DNA of 62,255 bases, filler included, from Dimargaris cristalligena (taxonomy: Eukaryota), in NCBI GenBank assembly GCA_003614675.1. It is 14 parts of 14 records of this genome, joined end to end, with 100 filler letters (N's around TTAATTAATTAA, not from the genome) between each part and the next. Parts side by side here need not be neighbours in the genome. Positions count along the whole stretch, not along the records: positions 35,781 to 40,149 come from ML003796.1; positions 40,250 to 44,612 come from ML003797.1; positions 44,713 to 48,951 come from ML003798.1; 11 more parts are not named here. One strand, given 5' to 3'. The notes under the pieces are model-generated. The model was not told the DNA's origin and did no database searches. It saw only the letters and a program-made list of their open reading frames with translations. The translations under genes were made by a program, and so were the position numbers. Below, in pieces: positions 36,973-48,105 of the stretch. Within the stretch, counting starts at the first letter, position 1, and each line of letters begins with the position of its first letter.

Positions 36973-37272
36973 ATGGTTAAGCTCGTCCAACTGTTGCTCT
37001 CCGGCGCCCTGATCGGTACCGTTCTCGTCGCGGCCTTGCCCCTTCCGCAACCCGGTGAATTGTCGGATAACTTACTAGGAATATCATCTGCCGCCGTATT
37101 TACTGCGAAATACCACGCCGGTAGAGCTGCCGACGCTGTAAAGGACAAGGCCAAATCCGCGGTCAAGGTATTGGGCACGGTTAAAAAAGCCGAGGCCGCT
37201 ATGAAGAACTCAAAAGACAAACCCACAGGCGCTGGAAAAAAGGCCAATAAGCCGCCCACGTCCGCCAAATAG
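36973..37272 (+). CDS. Small secreted Lys/Ala-rich protein (99 aa)
   Basis: Signal-peptide-like MVKLVQLLLSGALIGTVLVAA|LP; TATAAATA at about 36830 and a pyrimidine-rich leader; cysteine-free basic mature part. Confidence 0.72.
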   Translation: MVKLVQLLLSGALIGTVLVAALPLPQPGELSDNLLGISSAAVFTAKYHAGRAADAVKDKAKSAVKVLGTVKKAEAAMKNSKDKPTGAGKKANKPPTSAK

Positions 37273-39003
37273 CCGGGTCAACTGGGTAATATAAAAACAG
37301 CTTAACCAATTCATAATTTGAGCCTCAATTAATTACTCTTGCGGCATGGGTACACTCATCTACCCTGAGTACATTTTACATATTTTAGTTTTCCTGCTAT
37401 TATAGTGATCATCTCTTTTGGATGCTTTTGAAATTAGCCATCCTACGCATTTATACATTCTTGCGACTCTGTGTTTTATTATTGAAGGCGGCGAATCATT
37501 CGCAACCGACCTCTCCAAACACATCTTATCAATAAACCAATGTTTCCACATTTAAGGACGCCAGCCCTTCGAACCAATATATTTCGGTATACAGTGTAAA
37601 TATACTTAAACACAAAAGTAAATAGCATCTGATTCTAGGGGTTTTTCCCGCTGTTGTCTATTTCTAGTTAGTAAAAGTAGGTTATCTAAACAGATATACT
37701 AAGTAGAGTTTTTAAAAGCAGGCTGTTTAAATAAATACCATAAATATTGTGACCAACTATTGAGATTGAGAAATCCCACTAGAAGAAGGGGTTTTGAATG
37801 GGCCATCCTGGTAATCCCTTATCTTTATACCATTTGCTGCCCGGCTATTTATTTATAAGTTCCTCGCTGACCTGGTGAGTCACAACTATTACTCTGCTTA
37901 TAGGTGGCACAATTTCTACATACATTGGTGTACTTAGTAAATTTGCTCCGTTCATACCAATACTATGCTTTTACTGGAACTCGTGGTTTCCCGTTTGTCA
38001 TCTGCCATTCTTAATAGGAAATTTGGCGATTGGCGGCTTCGATTTACCATTTGCTTAGTTAAAAACCCGGTTACAAATGATGCCTATACTATAATTACGC
38101 TAACCCCTGAATGCAACCAAGGCCAAAACTAACCACCCGACTATGCCGGAGTGCCTTAATTACATTTCAGACATGCTCCTTGACCATTCTGAAGCATGTT
38201 AGCACTATATACGACAGGATTCACCGGGTTTATAGAGCGAATCCCCCTCTTCTAGGAGACTATGTACCTCTAAAACCATTCAGTCCGTCCCGGTGGGATG
38301 TTGCCATATATAGCGGGGGCGAGTTCCCGACAAATGGAGACAGTGCAGTTGTTACCAGTAGGAGAGGGGCTTGGGTCGGTAGAATTAGCCCAAGGAAACA
38401 GTGTCATGTGAACTTTAAATAATGACTAACCCACATGTGAAGATTAGTAGCAGCGGGAAGCTTAATAGGTGCCCTCAGGTTAACCAAACCTATCATCCCC
38501 TTGGTGCAGTGCAGAGATTGGTCAACCAACCAAGCACATGCGCCTATTTGCCATTCGCCGCCGTTCCTAGCTAGATATGGCTGGGGCCATTTAAGCTGAG
38601 CGACCACGGTCACTCTACCACCACCACCTCTCCCACCCTTGGCGTACTAATCTGTGACGGCTCTAATCTATCATGGATGGGAGCAGAGCAATTAGATACC
38701 GTTTCAAGTCACATTGGTATTTCAAGTAGCCCTAGAGATATGTATATATATACCGGTACACTCGCCCCAGCTACTTTGACCTTGCCTGACTCTCTGTCAA
38801 CTGCTTCCTTTAATCTCCCCGCTCTTTAATTCCCCTTATTTGGACTCACTCCACTGTGTGTGGTCCCTGTGACTTGTATCGACATTCCCCGCCTGGTTCA
38901 CAGTCACTACTGCTAATACCATATTCCTCCCCTGTCTCGGGTCTAGTTTTTCCAATCCACACTAGCCCTTTTCGCCGCACGCCATACTTTCCCCACTACC
39001 ACC

Positions 39004-40149
39004 ATGACTCAAGCCGATTTCATTGCCCAGGAACAGCAGGCTTTTGAAGCCCAGGCCGCTTCCATCAAACAATGGTGGCAATCCAGCCGTTTCCGCCAGG
39101 TCCTGCGTCCCTATTCCGCCGAGGACGTTGCGGCCAAACGCGGCAATCTCACCGTAGAGTACCCATCCAATGCCCTCGCCCGGAAACTCTGGGCCCTCCT
39201 CGAAAACCGGTTCGCCACCAAGACAGCCACCCACACGTTTGGCTGTCTCGATCCCGTACAAGTCTCCCAAATGGCCCAGTACCTCGAGGCCGTCTACGTG
39301 TCCGGCTGGCAGTGCAGTTCCACCGCTTCGACCTCCAACGAACCCGGACCAGATCTCGCTGATTACCCCATGGATACCGTGCCCAATAAGGTCGAACAGC
39401 TGTTCATGGCCCAGTTATTCCACGACCGGAAACAACGCGAAGCTCGTCTGTCCACCCCGGTGGCCCAGCGCGCCCAACAACCCAACGTGGACTATCTGCG
39501 TCCCCTGGTGGCCGATGCCGATACCGGACACGGTGGGATTACGGCTAATATGAAATTGGCCAAGATGTTCGTGGAGCGCGGAGCGGCGGCCGTTCACATT
39601 GAGGACCAGGCCGCGGGGACCAAAAAGTGCGGCCACATGGCCGGTAAGGTGCTGGTCCCGATTTCCGAGCACATTAACCGTATCGTGGCCATGCGGGTCC
39701 AAATGGACATTATGGGAGTCGAAACCCTCATCATTGCCCGAACCGATGCGGAAGCCGCTACCCTGCTGACCTCCAACATCGACCCCCGTGACCATCCCTT
39801 CGTGCTGGGCGCCACCCACCCCGATATCCCCAGTCTGGCCGAAACCATGACCGCCGCTGAGCGCGCCGGTAAGGCCGGGGCCGCCCTGGAAGCCGTCGAG
39901 TTCGAATGGCTCCAAAAGGCCCAGCTCAAGACCTACGGGGCCGCCGTGGCCGACGCCCTCCGGCAGGCCGGCCGCAGTGACGCGGACATCCAAACGCAGT
40001 GGTTCGCCAAATACTACTCGCTCTCGCACGCCGAAGCCCGGCGGTTAGCCCGCGACCAACTCGGGGTGGACCCCACCTACTGCTGGGACAAGCCCCGGGT
40101 GCGCGAGGGTTACTACCGCTACCAGGGCGGGACCGAATGCTGTACCGCG
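39004..40149 (+). CDS. ICL1: Isocitrate lyase, 3' truncated
   Basis: [56 protein letters not shown]; eukaryotic insert present; no mitochondrial leader. Methylisocitrate lyase is not excluded because the C-terminal diagnostic residues are missing. Confidence 0.93.
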
Positions 40150-40249
40150 NNNNNNNNNNNNNNNNNNNNNNNNNNNNNNNNNNNNNNNNNNNNTTAATTA
40201 ATTAANNNNNNNNNNNNNNNNNNNNNNNNNNNNNNNNNNNNNNNNNNNN

Positions 40250-40683
40250 CCCTTAAAATGGCAAGTTACCTTCGAGATAAGTTTTTATTATTCAGAAGAA
40301 ATATCTATTTTAACTTCACCCAGTGTTTTACCCAGCATCAGCCAAGGACTTCAACTGGAAGTCAATTTTTTGTTTTTCTTAATTTTTTTATCTTATTTTT
40401 GGTATGTAGCCACCATGATTCCTCCAGTACCTAACTCCAATGACAGGAGTGTAGGACCATTTTGTGTGGAACATTTTGCACCATACCCCAGTTTGACCTC
40501 CAACAACAGCTCCAAGCCGATCCAACTAGCCAAAGGACTGTTTCCCGAGTTCTCCATGTTACATCCAGGCACTGGCCCCTCAAAACCAATGTCCAGTGAA
40601 CCTTCCAGTCCGGGAGGGAGCAGGGAATCTAACCCCAGCCCTAATCCCGAAATGGAAGTGCCTTAAATCACTGGCACCATACA
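40250..40683. repeat. LTR-like repeat family B, copy 2
   Basis: High identity to 4652..5093; ends ...CACCATACA. Confidence 0.8.
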
Positions 40684-41159
40684 TTCCAGGTTTCCAATGG
40701 TGCTAATTTATTCCAGAATGGGACCAGCTCATCCTAGACCTGTTAGTTGGTATAAATATCCCCCTTCTCTTGAAGTATTTTCTCCCAGGCTTCGTCTATC
40801 TAGATCATTGAATCATTAGCAGGGGCAAGGTTGGCAGTGGGATTAATTAGTAGGATAAATAATAGCAGACTTCAATGGTGACTCTATGGCTCAGACTACT
40901 GGAGTAAATATATTATGTAGCTGGTCACTGGGGATGAGGCTATTTAAGAGTGAATGGTGCTTTAAATGCCTTTACTTTTGGTTGCATATGGTTGATGTAC
41001 TGCCAGGGTCAGGACAATTTTCCTTTTCCATGAGACCAATTGGTTGTTATACTCTACCCCATGATGCCACACACTCCGGATATGTAGTTATGCCTTTGCT
41101 GCGAACAACACACATGGAGACAAGGGAGCAACATTGAAGTCTTCCATAAACTACATTTA

Positions 41160-41890
41160 AGAAATACCCCAATGGATCTGAGGCAACTTTATCTTCCATT
41201 TACTCATATTCTTCTTTTCATAACTTATATTCAAGGAATGCCCCAGCGGATCCGATGTGAATCTATTTTCCATTATTTTTCCACTTATCCTTTTCTTCCA
41301 ATTTTCCACAGTGTTCAAACTTGAAGACCCAACCAGTTTTTCCCTTTGTGGTTTTTATGGTTGTTCGTCCATCTGAGGATGATGTCCTGAAGTAGTAGTA
41401 TAGTTCCAAATTCATAAGTATTATTTTGCATATATATAGTCTCTCCAGTTGGCCCTTAAAATGGTAAGTTATCTTTGAGATAAGGTTTTATTATTCCGAA
41501 TAAATACCTATATTTTAACTTCACCCAGTATTTTACCCAGCATCAGTCAAGGACTTCAACCAAAAGTCAAATTTTCATTTTCTCAATTTCATTATCTTAT
41601 TTTTTCAGCACATAGCCACCGTGGCTCCTCCAGCACCCAACTCCAATGACGGGAGTGTAGGACCACTTCTCTTTGAACATTTTGCTCTGTATCCCAGTTC
41701 GACCTCCAAGCACAGTTCCTACCCAATCTGAATAACCAAGGGACCGTTTCCCGAGTTCTCCATGATTTGCCTAAGCACCTTGAGCCCTCCAAACCTGACG
41801 TCCAGTGACCCTACTGATCCTGGGGAGAGCAATGGGTCCAACCCCAGCCTTAGCCCCAGAAGGGAGGGGCCTCAAAACACTGGCCTAACA
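41160..41890. repeat. LTR-like repeat family B, copy 3 (diverged)
   Basis: Colinear with 4440..5093; ends ...GGCCTAACA. Confidence 0.75.
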
Positions 41891-42031
41891 GTCAGCCTCC
41901 ACTACCTTATATTTCTTAGAAGTATAGTTTCATGGAAATAAGACATGTTCTATCCAATTCTAACTTGCCAAGGGGTATTGTTAAATGGAACCCTTATATT
42001 TGTATTGGACCATCATCCATTAAATTAATGG

Positions 42032-42298
42032 CTATAGACTTACTTGTTCTTGCAAAGTGCATATTGCGAATTTACCGACCCAGATATGGTCAGGAGTGAG
42101 GTTTCTTAACATGGTCCAATCCAGCTGACTGAATATATCCAGAATTAATTCATTTGGAAGCTTTAGAACACCGGACAAGTCTGATGCGGGGCTAGTTGAC
42201 TCATGAGCATCATCAGTTCCCTCGAGTAAAGTTGCCTGGGTATTCCAAGCAAGAACTAAGCCGGTGGCAATTGCATACACGCCGATGGAGACTTTCAT
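42032..42298 (-). CDS. Signal peptide + F-box-like protein, first exon; downstream part interrupted by repeat B
   Basis: MKVSIGVYAIATGLVLAWNTQA signal-like leader, then VLKLPNELILDIFSQLDWTMLRNL (F-box consensus L..LP.EL...IF..L...L). CAA|GTAAGT donor just before the stop. Confidence 0.65.
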   Translation of the reverse strand: MKVSIGVYAIATGLVLAWNTQATLLEGTDDAHESTSPASDLSGVLKLPNELILDIFSQLDWTMLRNLTPDHIWVGKFAICTLQEQVSL

Positions 42299-44359
42299 GT
42301 TGGTCGATTAGCGGTCGGGAAGAGGTGGTGGGATGCTTAGCATACTTTAGGTCACCCAAAATAGGAACACATTGTGTAATATAGATGATCATCCAAGAAT
42401 TGGGGAACTAAAGAGGATAAATAGGGTCAAGATTAATGGTTAAACAGTGAATGAGAGTGAGTAGGAGATATCAAAGTGTTTAATGCAAAATTGCTTAGCA
42501 ACACTGATAGTATTTGTATATTGCCTTTCAAAGGACTACTTGGGGGAGGGGGAATGGTGCTCCACCATTTTTACCAACCCTGTAGAAGAGAGGGTCTCCC
42601 CTCACTTAGCACCCATTAGGGCGGCTACTTTCAAAAAATAAATAAAATAGAAATAGAGTGCGGCTCACTGTAATGTAGTGCTGTGCTGCCAATTTGTGTG
42701 CTTGCATTTATCTATTGCACTTAATTAGCTACTAGCTGGCTAGGTGACCTTGTTGTTCTTTTCGGACCCGCCTATTGTGATATGCAGTATGGGTTGCCAA
42801 TTGGTTTGTCCTTCTGTGAATGTTGGTATGTGCAGGAGGATTAAATTTCCACTGTTATCCTTGGAGTTTGTACACCGTGTTTTCCCTTTCCCTTATCCTC
42901 CCCCTCCCTCTCGCCCCTTTCCTTTCCTTTTGTACTGAAAGGGGAATTAATGAGATCATGTAAGTATAACTAGATGCTCCAACAGGGACACATTGATGAA
43001 AACCCAGTAGTATTGGTGCATTGGTGGTACAGGAAACTGAGATGGTTGAGCTTGTAGCATTCATTGGAACATCAAAGCCAAGCTATACACAAATGCCATT
43101 CACAGACCTTCCTCACGGATTATTTTTTTCATCTGGCTATATAACAAAAACCCTGTTTGATGAAACAGGGAGGGGGGTTGGTAAAGATACTGTAATGGTT
43201 TGGGTCGAGTATGACCTATGGGTTAACTGATTTTCCAAAAGGAGTAAGGATTGACAAAATAACAAGGTGCCGAGTTGGGCAAAGAAAGCTTCTAAAGAGT
43301 TATTTATTGATTATAAAATCGAAACTTAAGGAGTTGAGATTATACTATGTCCTTTTGTTATATACTATTCGGTTGGTTTCCTTGCTGGCTTAGGCAGCTA
43401 CTGCTCACTACTTGCCCGGTGGGGGCGGATATAGGGGGAGGAGTGAGCTGGACGATTTCATTAGTCGCATGCTCTAATTGCTCTATAGTTGGGTGATCCG
43501 CCTTGCCTGGCGGTTGCAATACATCCACCACCTATAGCGCCATTTGCACTCCAAACAAAGTCACCGATAGAGCTGAATATTTTTCTCAACAACATGAGTC
43601 CTAATATAGACAATGGTAATGGTTCGATAATTGGCTAACCGTGCTAACCTACATCCTGGTAATGCAGGCCTTGGTCAATTGGGAACAATTTGTCCACCAA
43701 TGGTGTGATAGCCAACAGCAATATGTTGTATACACATTTACCATAGTGGCAGTGTATGAATATCCCTTATATAGTAGAGAACAAGATCACTTTGCTACAT
43801 TATTGTTAATAGATGCCATCGACATTTGTTATTTTATTGGTGATACTTATTTCACACAATGGACAAGTCCACGGTTTATAATAACCGAAAGTTGTCATGG
43901 ACTTTAAAGAAACTCAACAGATAATAATTTTGATAGTAAAAATATAATAAACTAATTAGGGTTGGCTGGTAGGAAGGAATAAAAGGAGAAAGTAATATTT
44001 TTACGGAAGATTGTTTCTTTCCCTTCTATTAACATACTGAGTTTTAAAACTGAAAAAACCCCAACAACAGCAGTAACATAGCCACCCCAAGCCCTTTACA
44101 TCTTCATGTAATAATTAAATCAAATTATCAGTTTCCCACTCAGTCTTCCTGGTACATCCAATTTAGAAAGACGATGTAAATAGCTAAGTAATACAAGCCT
44201 CCCTTGATTCAGGAGAGGGCTGGGGCTGCGAGGTTTGATAGTTAATGAACACAGATAGTCTACTTCGGCTGGATGGTGCCATGCTGATCATTTGTGCTGA
44301 GGATGGTCTTGAAGGTCATTTAAATTTTCTTTTCTAATAAGCCACTCGACCAATAAATA

Positions 44360-44497
44360 TGGGTGAAATGCGGCCCAGCCGTATAAGGTTTTAAATGATA
44401 CATGTATGGGGTAATATATGGGAGATTTATTTTCAACCAGTAATATTCACTTCATCCAACAGATTTTTCGTTATACAGCTTAGTTGAACCTCTCCCA
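44360..44497. mobile_element. MITE, 138 bp, full copy with TA target duplication
   Basis: TA|TGGGTGAAATGCGGCCCAGCCGTATAA ... TTATACAGCTTAGTTGAACCTCTCCCA|TA. Confidence 0.85.
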
Positions 44498-44557
44498 TAT
44501 GTTTCCAAAATTAATTTGATTCTATTAATGATAAACCCGAATAAAAACAAAAATTCT

Positions 44558-44612
44558 TAGCGATGCTACGTTTCGATCGTAGGACCTCAGGGTTATGAGC
44601 CCTGCGCGCTTC
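44558..44612 (-). tRNA. Initiator tRNA-Met (CAT), 5' part lost at contig end
   Basis: Minus strand GAAGCGCGCAGGGCTCATAACCCTGAGGTCCTACGATCGAAACGTAGCATCGCTA: GGG/CCC anticodon stem, CAT anticodon, initiator-type GATCGAAAC T-loop, T-rich Pol III terminator downstream. Confidence 0.95.
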
Positions 44613-44779
44613 NNNNNNNNNNNNNNNNNNNNNNNNNNNNNNNNNNNNNNNNNNNNTTAATTAATTAANNNNNNNNNNNNNNNNNNNNNNNNNNNNNNNN
44701 NNNNNNNNNNNNATAATCCGTTCACCGACGCAAAAAGGCGCCACAAGCCGCCCCGTGTCACTACTTCGCTACTACCTAC

Positions 44780-47700
44780 CCAGTCCGGATCCACGTCCAT
44801 GGCCCACTTGAATTTATCCCGTAACGTCCGGGTGAAGCTCTTCTCGATGGGCACGCCATGTTTCTTACTCCACGCGATGGTAATCCGGGGATCGTTGTAG
44901 TTTAATTTCGACGTACCCAACGCAATCGTTTTGTTTTCGTCCTTATCCTCGATTTGTAACAGGGTATTCTTGATCCGGTCCGTTATTTTGTCAATGCCGC
45001 TCGCCAGCCGTTCGGTTAAGTTGCCGCTGCGCTCGCTTAACGGGGGGAATTCTTTCACGGACGGCAGTTTGTCCTTGGCCAACAATTTTTCCTTGCGGGT
45101 GACCGCCTCGTTCAGCTTGGCCTGGAGGTCCGCTTTACCCAACGGCTTCTCCTTGCGCGCTTTGCGTTCCGCATTGTCCTTTTCGAATTTCGCTTCGATC
45201 CGCACCCGTTCCTTGGCCGTCAAATCCCGTTCGTGGGCCAAGTTCCATTCGGGACTTAGGTTCGCCTCGCCCTCCTCCCCCCCTTCGGTCGTATAAAACG
45301 CCGGGTGCTTCCGCTTGTACTTGGGGTCGAGCGCCGCCAATTGGAGGGCCATCCGTTGGCGTTGGTATTTCAGGGCCCGGATCCTATCCTGCAACTTCTC
45401 CATTTGCGTGCCGAAGGCTTTACCCACGGCCCGTTGGTGGTTACACAGTTCGGCCACCCGGCGGTTCGCCCGGTTGTAGGCGAGGATCTTCTCCTGGATC
45501 GTCCCGTTGGCGGGGGTGTTCTTGAGTTCCTCCTGGAGCGTGTGGGATGCATTATACGTACGGAAGACCTTGGCCGACAATCCCGGCATCAGCGACTTGA
45601 GGTGGTTGTTCAGGCCCGTGGTGGTCAGACGATCAAACAGTTCCTCGCCTTCGGTTTTCGGGGGTTTCTTGAAAATCCGGATGTTCTTAAACACCTGGTC
45701 GTCCACGGGAACCGCATTGTAGTAGCGGACTGAGTCCTTACCCAGGAAATCAAAAACCAGGATGTTGGGCGGCTGCAGCGTCACATGTTCGTACCGGAGG
45801 GAACAACAACCCACGGTATCGGCCTCATCCTCCCCCTTTTCGTTACCCGCTCGCAGTGCCAGCTTGTCGATGAGGTACAGGGCGGTGGCGCGCTGGCGAA
45901 TGGCCATGGATTTATCCCGCAATTCGGCCATATAGTCCCGGCGGATGGTATCGACACACCCTTTGAGGTTCCGGGCCTTTTCAAATTTCTTCAGGTCACT
46001 CTGGCCCTTTAACGAACTGGTGGCCCCGAACTGGACGTACTTGAACTGGTCGTTGACGTTTTCGCGCCACATGGCCAACCAACCCACCTTGTTATCGTGG
46101 ATCACGTTCTTCCACCGATGCCCCGGGGGCGGTGGGGGAACTTTGGCCTTCGGACCGATGTTAATGGTGATATCCTCGGGTCGTACGCGCCGCTTGTAAC
46201 AGCCCGTCCGGGGATGGTCACCTCGCCCGCGGAACAGACCCGGGGGTTCAATATTATAATTCCCCAGATTTTCCTTGCGGCCGTCCAAGGTGGCGAATCC
46301 GTAGATGCTTTTGATGGCGTCCTTTTCGTCTTTTAGCTTCTGCTTGTCCTCCTTGGACATGTTGCGCTTGATCTCGCGCAGTTTTTCGAAATGGTCGTAC
46401 ATGCGGGTAAAATTGCACTTGTCAAAGTCGGTGATGGGGTGGCCCGGCTGGACCCGGTTCAGAATAGCCCGGAAGTCTTTGAAGAAGTTACGCACAAACG
46501 TCGGATTTTTCGCATGGTCGGTTTCCAGCATCTGGGCGTAGTAGCTAGCGATTTCCTCGGCTTCGGGGTGGAGGGCGATTTCCTTGTTATCGTACACCAG
46601 GGGAATTTTGTGCGGCACGTATTCCGGCGGGAAATACACCCCGTTGTGGGCCAGGGTAGTCCACTTTATGGTATCGTTCGCGTTTTGTTCCAGCCACCAC
46701 TTGTACTCTTCCCCCTCCTCCTCTTCGTCCATTTCGTCGGACCCCGGGGATTTTTTCGATTCGGCCTTCACCTTGACTTTCCCATTAGTCTTGGTGGCGG
46801 TCGCCTTGCTGGTGGAAGCAGTGATCTTGGCCTTGGAAGTGGTGGTGGTTGATTTTCCGGGAGTTGAAACGACCCTGCCGTTTTCCTTTTTGACGGCCAC
46901 CTGGGTGCTGGTTTTGGTGGCGGGGGTCTGTCAGGGTCAGAGGACAAGAAAGACCAAAGAACATAACGAACTCAGTGAGTCGAGACATACTACAAAGGCC
47001 GTGATATCATGATCACTAATATTTACATAATCCGGAACGATGGAACCGACCGATTTCCAAATTCATTGTTTGTGAGAGATATAGCCTAATAGTGCAGCCT
47101 TCCAACAACTGCCATGCGGATAATTAGCCACCAATTAGTGGGGAGCTTACCTTCTTAGCGGGCGTATTGGAGTTGGACTTAACCTTCTTAGCCTAGATTA
47201 GGGTGGGGATCAGCACATATATTGATATTATAGTATGGAGGGCGGTTAAAAAATAGGTAAAGTTTAGCGACCGGATGATTGCAGAACGCTAAGGTGTCGA
47301 TGTAATATTACAAGCCCATACTCGGATTTCAAGGTGAGTGGGATCGCTGGATCACTTACTAGTGGCACATCGGAATCGCTGTCGCTGGAGTCATTGTGAG
47401 CAGCCGGTTTACGCTTGGGCGCTGTGGCTGGTAATATGCCAAGTCACCCGCATCACGAAGATGATATCAGCCAGAATTGATGAAAGTAATAGTTGATGTA
47501 TTAGTAAGGGATCCCTCTATCAGACCAGTTGATTAACTGTACATCAACAATATAGGCGGAAGCGGGCTTTACCCGCCACAATCGAATGTAGGGATGTCCC
47601 CCTCAAATACCCACTAGTAGCCCGACCAATCTGAGTTTGAATAAATAACCACGGAGGGTAAGTTGAGTTGAAAATAATAATATTGAAAATTACCTTGGGC

Positions 47701-48105
47701 GGGGCGTTTAGTCGGAGGGGCCTTCACTTTTTGGGCCAATGGCACATCGTCGTCACTATCGGAGTCCGATGTGGCGGCGACAATGGCAGCAACCGCAGCG
47801 GTGGTGGAGGCCCGTCGCGCTGGAAGGGGTTTCGGGACCGCTTTCGAGGGCTGGGGCCGACTCCGCTGGGCCAGGGGCTTATCGTCCTCACTATCGGAGT
47901 CGGATGCCAGGGCGGAAGGTGGCTGCTTCGCGGGGGCCAGAATGGGGGCCGCCTTACGTTTCTGCAGAATCTTCTGGGCCAGGGGCTGGTCTTCGTCGTC
48001 ACTATCACTATCACTCGCCTGGGTGAATCGGGGACGGGGTACTGTCTGGAGCTGCTTCACCGTGATGGTGGTAAGGCCGGGGTCGTCGGAATCGGAAGAC
48101 GACAT
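44780..48105 (-). CDS. TOP1: DNA topoisomerase I (type IB); exons 47694..48105, 47360..47427, 47151..47192, 44780..46927; last tiny exon missing
   Basis: KWTTL.HNGV.FPP.Y, EPPGLFRGRG.HP, ALRAGNEK, FDFLGKDS, AKVFRTYNAS, CNHQR, catalytic SKLNY.DPR. GT-AG introns keep the frame from MSSSDSDD; donor TGG|GTAGGT at 44779. Confidence 0.96.
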
